Under the pieces are notes generated by a model, which searched no databases, was not told the DNA's origin, and worked only from the letters and a program-made list of their open reading frames with translations. DNA of 26,274 nucleotides, taken from the UHGV virus genome UHGV-0174150; one strand, given 5' to 3'. The translations under genes and the position numbers were made by a program. The DNA is from a virus. Below are positions 16,869 to 26,274 of the stretch, piece after piece (within the stretch, counting starts at the first letter, position 1; the number at the start of each line of letters is the position of its first letter).

Positions 16869-16886
16869 TGTGTGAATAACGGTACA
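16869..16886. promoter_or_regulatory. TGT-N12-ACA dyad upstream of FI; putative Ogr-dependent late promoter element
   Basis: TGTgtgaataacggtACA read directly, very similar to the P/O-region site (TGTGTG...CGGTACA). Centre about 85 bp upstream of the FI ATG, followed by a CAGGAGG Shine-Dalgarno. Confidence 0.45.
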
Positions 16887-16962
16887 ACTGCGCTTAGCTG
16901 TTTGTCAGGCACAATCACTTCAACATAGGGCGAAGCCTAATCCAATCAGGAGGTTCGCCACT

Positions 16963-18135
16963 ATGGCTCAGGATTACCACCACGGGGTGCGCGTTGTTGA
17001 AGTCAACGAAGGCACCCGATCCATTACCACGGTGAGCACCGCCATCGTGGGCATGGTCTGCACGGGCGATGATGCCGATGCAAAAATGTTTCCTCTTAAC
17101 AAACCTGTGCTGATCACTGATGTGCTGACTGCCAGCGGTAAAGCGGGTGAGTCCGGCACGCTGGCCCGTTCGCTGGATGCCATCGCTGACCAGGCAAAAC
17201 CCGTGACCGTTGTTGTGCGTGTGCCGCAGGGTGAAACGGAAGAAGAAACCACGACCAATATCATCGGCGCAGTGACTGCTGAAGGTAAAAAAACAGGCAT
17301 GAAAGCTCTGTTATCTGCCCAGTCACAGCTCGGCGTTAAACCGCGCATTCTCGGCGTGCCAGGTCACGATAACAAAGCCGTTGCGACTGAGTTGCTGAGC
17401 GTGGCGCAAAGCCTGCGTGGGTTTGCTTACCTGTCAGCGTATGGCTGCAAGACGGTACAGGAGGCGATCACTTACCGTGAAAACTTCAGCCAGCGCGAAG
17501 GAATGCTGATCTGGCCCGACTTTACTGGCTGGGACACGGTGCTGAATGCCGAAGCAACGGCATATGCCACCGCCCGTGCACTTGGTCTGCGTGCCAAAAT
17601 TGATGAGCAGACCGGGTGGCACAAAAGCCTGTCCAACGTGGGCGTGAACGGTGTCACCGGAATTTCTGCAGATGTGTTCTGGGATCTGCAGGACCCGGCA
17701 ACCGATGCAGGTCTGCTGAACCAGAACGACGTCACCACGCTTGTGCGTAAAGACGGTTTCCGCTTCTGGGGTTCCCGCTGTCTGAGCGATGATCCGCTTT
17801 TTGCCTTCGAAAACTACACCCGCACGGCGCAGGTGCTGACGGACACAATGGCAGAAGCACACATGTGGGCGGTGGATAAACCGCTTAACCCGTCGCTGGC
17901 CCGCGACATTATCGAAGGTATCCGCGCCAAAATACGCAGCCTGGTCAGTCAGGGCTATCTCATTGGTGGTGATTGCTGGCTGGATGAGTCGGTGAACGAC
18001 AAAGACACGCTGAAAGCCGGAAAACTCACCATCGACTATGACTACACGCCAGTGCCGCCACTTGAAAATCTGATGCTGCGCCAGCGCATCACCGATCAGT
18101 ACCTGGTGAATTTTGCCAGCCAGGTCAGCGCGTAA
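16963..18135 (+). CDS. FI: contractile tail sheath protein (P2 FI-like)
   Basis: 390 aa; strong similarity to P2 gpFI along its length (DYHHGV...EGTR...[10 protein letters not shown]...[12 protein letters not shown]), from memory. Confidence 0.92.
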   Translation: MAQDYHHGVRVVEVNEGTRSITTVSTAIVGMVCTGDDADAKMFPLNKPVLITDVLTASGKAGESGTLARSLDAIADQAKPVTVVVRVPQGETEEETTTNIIGAVTAEGKKTGMKALLSAQSQLGVKPRILGVPGHDNKAVATELLSVAQSLRGFAYLSAYGCKTVQEAITYRENFSQREGMLIWPDFTGWDTVLNAEATAYATARALGLRAKIDEQTGWHKSLSNVGVNGVTGISADVFWDLQDPATDAGLLNQNDVTTLVRKDGFRFWGSRCLSDDPLFAFENYTRTAQVLTDTMAEAHMWAVDKPLNPSLARDIIEGIRAKIRSLVSQGYLIGGDCWLDESVNDKDTLKAGKLTIDYDYTPVPPLENLMLRQRITDQYLVNFASQVSA

Positions 18136-18144
18136 GGGGACAAC

Positions 18145-18660
18145 ATGGCTTTACCACGCAAATTAAAACATCTGAACCTGTTTAACGACGGGAACAACTG
18201 GCAGGGGATCGTAGAGTCGCTGACGCTGCCGAAATTCACCCGCAAATATGAGAAGTATCGCGGCGGCGGAATGCCGGGTGCAGTAGATGTGGATCTGGGG
18301 CTTGATGACAGTGCGCTGGACACAGAATTTTCCATTGGTGGTACTGAACTGCTGCTGTTTAAGCAGATGGGCAAAGCCACTGTGGATGGCATCCAGCTGC
18401 GCTTTACCGGCTCTATCCAGCGTGACGATACCGGGGAAGTGCAGGCTGTGGAGCTTGTGGTGCGTGGACGTCACAAAGAAGTGGATTCCGGCGAGTGGAA
18501 GACGGGCGAAAGCAACACCACCAAAGTGACCAGTACCAACAGCTACGCGAAGCTGACCATCAATGGTGAGGTGCTCTATGAAGTGGACCTTATCAACATG
18601 GTGGAAATTGTGGATGGTGTGGACCTGATGGAAGCACACCGCAACGCACTCGGCCTCTGA
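18145..18660 (+). CDS. FII: tail tube protein (P2 FII-like)
   Basis: 171 aa immediately after FI; size and position match P2 gpFII. Confidence 0.9.
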   Translation: MALPRKLKHLNLFNDGNNWQGIVESLTLPKFTRKYEKYRGGGMPGAVDVDLGLDDSALDTEFSIGGTELLLFKQMGKATVDGIQLRFTGSIQRDDTGEVQAVELVVRGRHKEVDSGEWKTGESNTTKVTSTNSYAKLTINGEVLYEVDLINMVEIVDGVDLMEAHRNALGL

Positions 18661-18714
18661 TCTATCTGAACGGCGCGGGATACCGCGCCAGACCCCAATT
18701 TAAAGGACAGCAAA

Positions 18715-19017
18715 ATGAGCGATAAGCAGACTGAAAAGACCATTCAACTGGATACCCCCATCAAGCGCGGTAAAACGGAAATCACCGAAATTGTGCTGCG
18801 TAAACCGCAGTCCGGTGCGCTGCGCGGTACACGCCTGCAGGCCATTATGGATATGGATGTAAACGCGATGATGACCGTGATCCCCCGCATCTCCAGTCCG
18901 GCACTGACTGCACAGGAAATTGCAGAGATGGACCCGGCAGATCTCACTGCCATGTCGGTTGAGGTTGTCACTTTTTTGTTGAAGAAGTCGGTGCTTGCCG
19001 GTTTACCGACAGCCTGA
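18715..19017 (+). CDS. E: tail assembly chaperone E (P2 E-like)
   Basis: 100 aa between tube and tape-measure genes; contains the TTTTTTG slippery heptamer near its 3' end. Confidence 0.8.
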   Translation: MSDKQTEKTIQLDTPIKRGKTEITEIVLRKPQSGALRGTRLQAIMDMDVNAMMTVIPRISSPALTAQEIAEMDPADLTAMSVEVVTFLLKKSVLAGLPTA

Positions 19018-19151
19018 CGGTTGACGATCTGGTGGCAGATATCGCCACCATTTTTCACTGGCCGCCATCCGTTACTGACGTTATGCCGCTGACCGAAGTG
19101 CTGGAATGGCGGTATAAAGCGATTCAGAGAAGCGGGGCCAACGATGAGTGA
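18715..19151 (+). CDS. E+E': E+E' fusion produced by programmed -1 frameshift at TTTTTTG (18972-18978)
   Basis: The -1 frame after the slippery site is open to TGA at 19149-19151, encoding ...VDDLVADIATIFHWPPS...SGANDE and overlapping the T start. Same arrangement as P2 E/E' and lambda G/GT. Confidence 0.6.
18972..18978 (+). other. slippery heptanucleotide T_TTT_TTG, -1 ribosomal frameshift site for E+E'
   Basis: Read directly in the E frame as ACT TTT TTG. Confidence 0.6.
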
Positions 19152-22100
19152 TAACAACCTGCGTCTGCAGGTCATTCTTAATGCGGTTGACAAGCTCACC
19201 CGCCCATTTCGATCTGCGCAGGCCAGTTCAAGAGAACTGGCTGCTGCTGTCAAAAAATCCCGCGATGCAATAAAGCAGCTTGATCAGGCCGGGAGCAGTC
19301 TGGACAGCTTCCGAAAGCTGCAGGCAGAAAATCAGAAATTAGGCGACAGGCTGAACTATGCCCGCCAGCGTGCAAATTTGCTCAGTCAGGAACTGGGAGC
19401 GATGGGGCCGCCTTCGCAACGTCAGGTTGTTGCTCTGGGCCGTCAACGGCTGGCTGTTCAGCGCCTGGAAGAACGCCAGAAAAAGCTGCAGCAGCAGACG
19501 GCGCTTGTGCGTGCTGAACTGTACCGGGCGGGAATTTCTGCGAAAGACGATGCGGGAGCAACTGCCCGTTTAGCCCGTGAAACATCACGTTATAACCAGG
19601 AACTTTCGAAACAGGAGGCGCGGCTGAAGCGACTGGGGGAAGCTCAGCGCAGGATGAATGCAGCGCGTGTCAGTTATGCCCGTTCGCTGGAGGTGCGTGA
19701 TCGTATTGCAGGTGCCGGAGCCACCACCACGGCTGCAGGGCTGGCAATGGGCGCACCAGTGATGGCGGCAGTAAAAAGCTATACCAGCATGGAAGATGCC
19801 ATGAAAGGTGTGGCAAAGCAGGTCAATGGTCTGCGTGACGATAATGGCAACCGCACTGCACGTTTTTATGAAATGCAGGATGCCATCAAGGCTGCCAGCG
19901 AACAGTTGCCGATGGAAAACGGTGCGGTGGATTTCGCTGCACTGGTTGAAGGTGGTGCGCGCATGAACGTCGCAAACCCTGACGACAGTTGGGAAGATCA
20001 GAAACGTGACCTGCTGGCCTTCGCCAGTACGGCAGCAAAGGCGGCAACAGCCTTTGAGCTGCCAGCGGATGAACTGTCAGAAAGTCTGGGGAAAATCGCC
20101 CAGCTCTACAAAATCCCCACCCGCAATATTGAACAGCTCGGTGATGCGCTGAACTATCTGGATGATAACGCCATGTCGAAAGGGGCAGACATCATTGATG
20201 TGATGCAACGTCTGGGCGGTGTGGCTGACCGTCTGGATTATCGTAAAGCGGCGGCGCTGGGTTCCACCTTCCTGACACTGGGCGCTGCGCCAGAGGTTGC
20301 AGCCAGTGCAGCAAACGCGATGGTGCGTGAATTGTCCATTGCCACCATGCAAAGCAAAAGTTTCTTTGAAGGGATGAATCTGCTGAAACTCAATCCTGAA
20401 GTGATTGAAAAGCAGATGACGAAGGATGCGATGGGAACCATCCAGCGCGTGCTGGAGAAGGTAAACGCGCTGCCGCAGGACAAGCGCCTGTCTGCCATGA
20501 CTATGTTGTTTGGTAAAGAGTTTGGCGATGACGCGGCGAAACTGGCAAACAACCTGCCGGAACTGCAGCGTCAGTTAAAACTGACAGCGGGCAATGATGC
20601 GCTCGGCTCCATGCAGAAAGAATCCGACATTAACAAGGATTCACTTTCTGCGCAGTGGTTGCTGGTCAAAACCGGAGCGCAGAACACCTTCAGCAGCCTG
20701 GGCGAAACGCTGCGCCAGCCGCTGATGGATATTCTGTACACGGTGAAAAGCGTCACGGGGGCGTTGCGTCGCTGGGTGGAAGCTAACCCGGAACTGACAG
20801 GCACACTGATGAAAGCATCGGCTGTTGTGGCTGCGGTTACCGTCGGCCTCGGCACCTTAGCGGTGGCGCTGGCTGCAGTGCTGGGGCCGCTGGCAGTGAT
20901 CCGTCTGGGATTCTCTGTGTTGGGTATCAAAACGTTATCTTCCGTTACGGCAGCAGTAACTCGAACCAGCAGCGCGTTGTCCTGGCTGGCTGGCGCGCCA
21001 CTGGCACTGCTGCGACGCGGGCTTGCTTCATCGGGCAACGCCGCAGGTTTACTTACTGCGCCGTTGTCGTCATAGCGCCGCACGGCATCACTCACGGGAA
21101 ATGTCCTGAAAACTCTAGCAGGAGCGCCGGTTGCACTTTTGCGGTCTGGATTATCCGGTTTACGTGCTGTTGCTGTGATGTTTATGAATCCTCTGGCGAT
21201 GCTGCGCGTTGCCCTGTATGCCATATCTGGTCTGTTAGGTGCTCTGCTCAGTCCGATAGGTCTTGTGGTTACTGCACTGGCGGGCGTGGCGCTGGTTGTC
21301 TGGAAATACTGGCAACCCATCACCGCATTTCTCGGTGGCGTGGTGGAAGGATTCAAAGCGGCGGCAGGTCCCATCAGTGCAGCGTTCGAACCGCTTAAGC
21401 CCGTGTTCCAGTGGATTGGCGACAAAGTGCAGGCGCTGTGGGGCTGGTTTACTGATCTGCTGACGCCCGTTAAGTCGACCTCTGCCGAACTGCAGAGCGC
21501 AGCGGCCATGGGGCGACGATTCGGGGAGGCACTGGCAGAAGGGCTGAATATGGTCATGCATCCGCTGGACTCCCTGAAATCCGGCGTTTCCTGGTTGCTG
21601 GAGAAACTCGGCATTGTCAGTAAAGAGGCTGCAAAGGCGAAACTGCCGGAAAGCGTGACGCGTCAGCAACCTGCGACGGTGAATGCAGACGGTAAAGTGA
21701 TGATGCCATCGGGTGGTTTTCCGTCATGGGGATATGGCTTTGCGGGGATGTATGACAGCGGCGGCTATATCCCGCGCGGGCAGTTCGGCATTGTCGGTGA
21801 AAACGGGCCGGAAATTGTCAACGGTCCGGCAAACGTGACCAGCCGGAGAAATACCGCTGCACTGGCTGCGGTTGTCGCCGGAATGATGGGAGTTGCTGCC
21901 GCGCCAGCAGAGCTTCCACCGTTGCATCCTTTGGCGCTTCCCGCGAAAGGCGGTGAAGCGATGGTGAGTCGCGTAGCTGCTGTGCCGCCCGTTCACCGGA
22001 TTGAGGCACCGACGCAGATCATCATCCAGACGCAGCCAGGACAAAGTGCGCAGGATATTGCGCGGGAGGTGGCACGCCAGCTTGATGAACGTGAACGCAG

Positions 22101-22155
22101 GCTGAAGGCAAAAGCCAGGAGTAACTACAGCGATCAGGGGGGATACGACGCATGA
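19144..22155 (+). pseudogene. T: tail tape-measure protein (P2 T-like), single frame interrupted by one in-frame TAG at 21073-21075
   Basis: ORFs 19144-21075 and 21139-22155 are in the same frame; the 63 nt between them are open, so the only interruption is the TAG. Read-through gives ...LLTAPLSS*RRTASLTGNVLKTLAGAPVALL..., continuous Ala/Leu-rich tape-measure sequence. Confidence 0.85.
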
Positions 22156-22637
22156 TGATGGTGCTGGGATTGTACGTGTTTATGCTGCGCACCGTTCCGT
22201 ATCAGGAACTGCAGTATCAACGCAGCTGGCGACATGCGGCAAACAGTCGGGTAAACCGACGTCCGTCCACGCAGTTTCTGGGACCGGAAAACGACATGCT
22301 GACGCTTTCCGGTGTTCTTATGCCGGAAATAACAGGCGGCAGGCTGTCGTTGCTGGCACTGGAGCAGATGGCAGAACAGGGGAAAGCATGGCCCCTGATT
22401 GAAGGCAGCGGCACGATTTACGGCATGTATGTGATTGAGGGACTGAATCAGACTAAAACGGAGTTTTTCCGCGACGGTATGCCGCGCCGGATTGAGTTCA
22501 CCCTGTCGCTAAAACGCGTGGATGAATCCCTGCCCGATATGTTCGGTGATCTCAGTGCGCAACTGAATAATCTGCAGGGAACGGCAACATCTGCCTTAAG
22601 CGATATCAGTAAAACGGTGGGAGGGCTGCTGTCGTGA
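22152..22637 (+). CDS. U: tail protein (P2 U-like)
   Basis: 161 aa; overlaps T stop (ATGA); synteny. Confidence 0.85.
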   Translation: MMMVLGLYVFMLRTVPYQELQYQRSWRHAANSRVNRRPSTQFLGPENDMLTLSGVLMPEITGGRLSLLALEQMAEQGKAWPLIEGSGTIYGMYVIEGLNQTKTEFFRDGMPRRIEFTLSLKRVDESLPDMFGDLSAQLNNLQGTATSALSDISKTVGGLLS

Positions 22638-23734
22638 ATTTCAGCTCTGAACTGCTTAACAAAGGCAACAAAACTCCGGCATTCAGCATCAGTATTGAAG
22701 GCAGGGATATCACCACTGTGCTGGACAACCGCCTGATGGGGCTGACGCTGACGGATAACCGGGGCTTTGAAGCGGACCAGCTTGATCTGGAGCTGGACGA
22801 CGCCGATGGAAAAATCGTGCTGCCGCGCCGTGGTGCGGTCATTACGCTGGCGCTGGGCTGGAAGGGGCAGCCGCTTTTCCCGAAAGGGGCATTCACGGTG
22901 GACGAGATTGAACACACTGGCGCACCGGACCGCCTGACTATCCGGGCGCGAAGTGCTGATTTTCGTGAAACGCTGAATACCCGTCGTGAAAAGACGTGGC
23001 ACAAGACCACCGTTGGGGAAGTGGTGAAGGAAATAGCTGCGCGGCACAAACTGAAGATGGCACTGGGTAAAGACCTGTCAGATAAACCCGTGGAACATAT
23101 AGACCAGACCAATGAGAGTGACGGCAGTTTTCTGATGCGGCTGGCGCGACAGTACGGTGCCATCGCGTCGGTGAAAAATGGCAATCTGTTATTCATCCGG
23201 CAGGGACAGGGCAAAAGCGCCAGCGGTAAACCTCTGCCGGTGATCACTATCACACGCAAGGACGGCGACAGTCACCGCTTTACCCTGGCAGATCGCGGAG
23301 CCTATACGGGCGTAATTGCCAGCTGGTTGCATACCCGCGAACCCGCGAAGAAAGAAAGCACTACGGTGAAGCGTAAGCGCAGGACTAAGAAGCAGAAGAA
23401 AGAGCCGGAAGCGAAGCAGGGCGATTACCTGGTGGGGACGGATGAAAACGTGCTGGTACTTAATCGCACTTATGCCAACCGGAGCAACGCCGAACGAGCG
23501 GCAAAAATGCAGTGGGAACGCCTGCAACGCGGCGTTGCGTCATTCTCGCTACAACTGGCGGAAGGGCGGGCAGATCTCTACACGGAAATGCCTGTGAAGG
23601 TCAGTGGTTTTAAACAGCCGATAGATGATGCGGAATGGACCATTACGACTCTGACACATACCGTCAGCCCGGATAACGGTTTTACGACCAGTCTGGAGCT
23701 TGAAGTGAAGATTGATGATTTCGAAATGGAATGA
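22634..23734 (+). CDS. D: tail protein / late control protein (P2 D-like)
   Basis: 366 aa; GTG start overlapping U stop; motifs LDDADGK, TWHKTT, HIDQTNESD match P2 gpD (from memory). Confidence 0.85.
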   Translation: MNFSSELLNKGNKTPAFSISIEGRDITTVLDNRLMGLTLTDNRGFEADQLDLELDDADGKIVLPRRGAVITLALGWKGQPLFPKGAFTVDEIEHTGAPDRLTIRARSADFRETLNTRREKTWHKTTVGEVVKEIAARHKLKMALGKDLSDKPVEHIDQTNESDGSFLMRLARQYGAIASVKNGNLLFIRQGQGKSASGKPLPVITITRKDGDSHRFTLADRGAYTGVIASWLHTREPAKKESTTVKRKRRTKKQKKEPEAKQGDYLVGTDENVLVLNRTYANRSNAERAAKMQWERLQRGVASFSLQLAEGRADLYTEMPVKVSGFKQPIDDAEWTITTLTHTVSPDNGFTTSLELEVKIDDFEME

Positions 23735-23824
23735 TTCTTCGCAATGGAGAACTTTTAAGTTTTCAAAATGGAATAATGAGGTATCATTATTGTGAATTTA
23801 GCAAAAATGGGGAGAACTCGAAAA

Positions 23825-24043
23825 ATGATGATTTGCCCACTGTGTGGAAGTGCCGCCCATACTCGCAGCAGTTTTCAGGTATCTTCATTGACCAAAGAGC
23901 GTTACAACCAGTGCCAGAACATTAACTGCAGCCATACTTTTGTTACCCATGAAACTTTTGTTCGTTCGATTGCAACGCCAAAAGAGTCAAATCCGGTTCA
24001 GCCGCATCCAATGAAATCAGGACAGGTGGCGCTCTCTCTTTGA
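23825..24043 (+). CDS. ogr: Ogr-type zinc-finger late transcription activator
   Basis: 72 aa from ATG 23825 (GGGGAGA Shine-Dalgarno upstream); CPLCG...C..C zinc-finger and KERYNQCQNINCSHTF closely parallel P2 Ogr. Confidence 0.85.
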   Translation: MMICPLCGSAAHTRSSFQVSSLTKERYNQCQNINCSHTFVTHETFVRSIATPKESNPVQPHPMKSGQVALSL

Positions 24044-24120
24044 CGCTGCCGCCAATTTGTCGCCATCGTTAAAAAACAGCGCTTCTAACATCATGATTTT
24101 AAAAGGCATAAATTTCAGGC

Positions 24121-24166
24121 AACAAAAAACCCATCAACCTTGAACCGAAATGGCGGGGTTGATGGG
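24121..24166 (-). terminator. rho-independent terminator-like hairpin for the minus-strand host gene
   Basis: On the minus strand CCCATCAACC-(17-nt loop)-GGTTGATGGG followed by TTTTTTGTT, about 110 nt downstream of the ybjL stop. The loop is unusually long. Confidence 0.45.
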
Positions 24167-24278
24167 CTCCACAAAATGGGGACATCAAAGAAAAGCAGTG
24201 GCACTAATTAAGACTGATGCCCTGCGGAAAAGTTCTGCGGTTGTGCAAAAAAATTTCATTTTCAGGGCAACTTCAGTT

Positions 24279-25964
24279 TTATCCTAATCCTGGCCATACC
24301 ATGACGATGATTGTCCCTGCCAGCGTCAGCAGGACGTTGGCGATTGCATAGGTGCCCGCATAGCCCAGCGCCGGGATGTTACTGCGAGCTGTATCACTGA
24401 TGATCTCCATTGCCGGCGCGCAGGTACGTGCGCCCATCATTGCGCCGAACAACAGCGCGCGGTTCATTCGCAATACATAAGCACCGAACAAGAAACAGAT
24501 AACCACGGGCACCAGACTGACAATCAATCCGGCAATCAACATCTGACCGCCAATCGCGCCCAGGCCGTTATTAATACCGCTACCGGCGCTCAGACCAACG
24601 CCTGCCATAAACACCATCAAGCCGAACTCTTTCACCATGCTTAATGCACCCTGCGGAATGTAACCGAAGGTCGGGTGGTTAGCACGCATAAAGCCCAGCA
24701 TAATTCCGGCGAATAACAACCCGGCAGCGTTCCCCATGCCGAAACTGAATGTGCTGAACTGGAAGGTGATCATCCCGATCATCAGCCCAATAACAAAGAA
24801 GGCGCAGAATGCCAGCAGGTCAGTGACCTGGCTGTGAATCGAGATAAAGCCGATGCGATCGGCGATGGTTTTTACGCGGCGGGCATCGCCGCTGACTTGT
24901 AAAACGTCACCTTTGTTAAGCACGACGTTGTCATCTATCGGCATCTCAATCTGGCTACGAATGACGCGGTTAAGGAAGCAACCGTGATCGGTCAACTTCA
25001 GTTGTGCGAGACGTTTACCTACAGCGTTATGGTTTTTAACGACCACTTCTTCAGTGACGATACGCATGTCGAGAAGGTCACGATCGAAAACTTCTTTACC
25101 GTTACGGAAGCTGGGATCGAGTCGGGCATGGGCGTCGGGATAGCCTACCAACGCTATTTCATCGCCCATTTGTAGCACGGCATCACCGTCTGGATTTGCC
25201 AGAATCCCGTTACGTCGAATACGTTCAATGTAGCAGCCGGTTTGTCGATAAATACCCAGTTCACGCAGATTTTTGCCGTCGGTCCAGGCCACCAGTTCCG
25301 GGCCGACGCGATAGGCGCGGATCACCGGTAAATAAACCTTACGGTTGGCATCAGTGTCCAGGCCACGTTCGCGGGCGATTTGCTGGGCGCTGGTCTGTAA
25401 GTCCTGATGCTGCAATTTCGGCAAGTAACGCGCACCAACAATCAAACTCACCAGACCGATTAAATAGGTTAAGGCATACCCGAGGCTCAGATTATCCAGT
25501 GCCAGTGAGAGCTGCCTGCTTTCCATGCCGGAATGACGCAGTGTATCGCCAGCACCGACCAGAACCGGTGTCGACGTCATAGAGCCTGCTAACATACCGG
25601 CCGTCAGGCCAATATCCCAGCCAAACAGCTTACCTAACCCTAAGGCGATCACCAGCGCACTGCTAACCATCACCAGTGCTAGCATTAGGTAATTTTTCCC
25701 ATCGCGAAAAAAAATGGAAAAAAAGTTCGGTCCGGCTTCGACCCCGACGCAGAAAATAAACAGCATAAAGCCAAGATTAAGCGCATCGGTGTTAATGCTG
25801 AAATCTTGTTGGCCTAATAACAGCGATACGACTAAAACGCCAATGGAATTACCCAGTTGGATCGAACCAAGTCGTAACTTTCCGAGACATAGCCCAAGCG
25901 CGAGGACCACAAATAATAACAGAATGTAATTCCCATTTAACAATTCGGCGACGTTTATATTCAC
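24279..25964 (-). CDS. ybjL: AAE-family putative transporter (YbjL/YidE-like), host chromosomal gene
   Basis: 561-aa multi-TMD protein with a central soluble region; I recognise it as enterobacterial YbjL from memory, not from a search. GC and codon usage host-like. Confidence 0.85.
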   Translation of the reverse strand: MNINVAELLNGNYILLLFVVLALGLCLGKLRLGSIQLGNSIGVLVVSLLLGQQDFSINTDALNLGFMLFIFCVGVEAGPNFFSIFFRDGKNYLMLALVMVSSALVIALGLGKLFGWDIGLTAGMLAGSMTSTPVLVGAGDTLRHSGMESRQLSLALDNLSLGYALTYLIGLVSLIVGARYLPKLQHQDLQTSAQQIARERGLDTDANRKVYLPVIRAYRVGPELVAWTDGKNLRELGIYRQTGCYIERIRRNGILANPDGDAVLQMGDEIALVGYPDAHARLDPSFRNGKEVFDRDLLDMRIVTEEVVVKNHNAVGKRLAQLKLTDHGCFLNRVIRSQIEMPIDDNVVLNKGDVLQVSGDARRVKTIADRIGFISIHSQVTDLLAFCAFFVIGLMIGMITFQFSTFSFGMGNAAGLLFAGIMLGFMRANHPTFGYIPQGALSMVKEFGLMVFMAGVGLSAGSGINNGLGAIGGQMLIAGLIVSLVPVVICFLFGAYVLRMNRALLFGAMMGARTCAPAMEIISDTARSNIPALGYAGTYAIANVLLTLAGTIIVMVWPGLG

Positions 25965-26233
25965 GGAGGCTAACTTCTTGTTTACTAGTAAGCTGTTGAA
26001 AGAAATGGTAATTTACGATAATGTTTTTTACCAGAATTCAGGGCGCAGATTCATTCAGCGCACCTAAACGATAGTAAAGTAACAATATATTTTACTAGTG
26101 TAATCACATTAGGTATCAACGGCTATATGAATTGCGTTGGCCTATATTAGCATGGAATGCGAAGCGGCTTTATCTTACTGAACGCCACACTGGCGAAAAA
26201 TGTGTGCGATAGACGCAGTGTCAGGAGGAACGA

Positions 26234-26274
26234 GTGAAACATAACCAACGTTGGGCGGGGGCAATCTGGTGGTT
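26234..26274 (+). CDS. ybjM: start of a host gene, probably ybjM (inner membrane protein); 3' end outside window
   Basis: GTG at 26234 with AGGAGG 5 nt upstream; encodes VKHNQRWAGAIWW..., resembling the YbjM N-terminus as I recall it; divergent from ybjL. Confidence 0.4.
   Translation, partial: MKHNQRWAGAIWW

Larger units (their letters stand above)
1..24120. mobile_element. P2-like prophage, late region plus accessory cargo; left end lies outside the window, right end (attR) somewhere in about 24044-24130
   Basis: Collinear P2 late-gene order (Q,P / O,N,M,L,X,lysis,R,S,V,W,J,I,H / FI,FII,E,T,U,D,ogr) followed directly by host-like ybjL. Exact att core not identified. Confidence 0.7.

Noticed and set aside
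16931-16956. Hairpin GGCGAA...TTCGCC enclosing the FI Shine-Dalgarno as a translational control element
   Set aside because: Only a 6-bp stem with a about 20-nt loop; too weak to call without folding energies.
4094-21075. Genetic-code reassignment of TAG to a sense codon (as in some recoded phages)
   Set aside because: J terminates with TAG at 12620-12622 exactly where its P2-sized product should end, and only 3 in-frame TAGs occur in about 20 kb of coding sequence; nonsense mutation or suppression is more parsimonious. Not fully excluded.
23731-23925. 64-aa ORF overlapping the ogr promoter and start
   Set aside because: Out of frame with and overlapping the well-supported ogr gene; AT-rich promoter region; no ribosome-binding site.
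1-26274. CRISPR arrays, tRNA/tmRNA genes, rRNA, IS elements
   Set aside because: No short regularly spaced direct repeats, no cloverleaf-compatible GTTCGA-type arms in intergenic regions, and no transposase-like ORF with terminal inverted repeats were seen.

Overview
The window is almost entirely the late (head, lysis, tail) region of a P2-like prophage, ending at its ogr end next to host genes I read as ybjL (minus strand) and the first codons of ybjM (Escherichia-like context). Q and P are on the minus strand; on the plus strand the order is O-N-M-L-X-holin-endolysin-lysA-lysB/lysC-R-S-V-W-J-I-H, a small accessory locus with a Hin/Gin-family invertase, then FI-FII-E/E'-T-U-D-ogr. Gene names are assigned from P2 synteny and from similarity to P2 proteins recalled from memory, not from a search. 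Main points of interest: (1) an AT-rich three-ORF cargo cassette (1-1936) converging on the portal gene, at the position of the P2 tin/old variable locus, which I cannot assign to any known family and consider the best candidate for an undescribed accessory or defence system; (2) terminase P and tape-measure T are otherwise intact but interrupted by in-frame TAG codons only (two in P, one in T); (3) tail fibre H is a mosaic with an AT-rich pectate-lyase-like C-terminal module and no P2 G-type chaperone; (4) the invertase has no obvious invertible cassette; (5) the lysis cassette is a pinholin / SAR-endolysin pair rather than P2 Y/K. No rRNA, tRNA or CRISPR array was seen.
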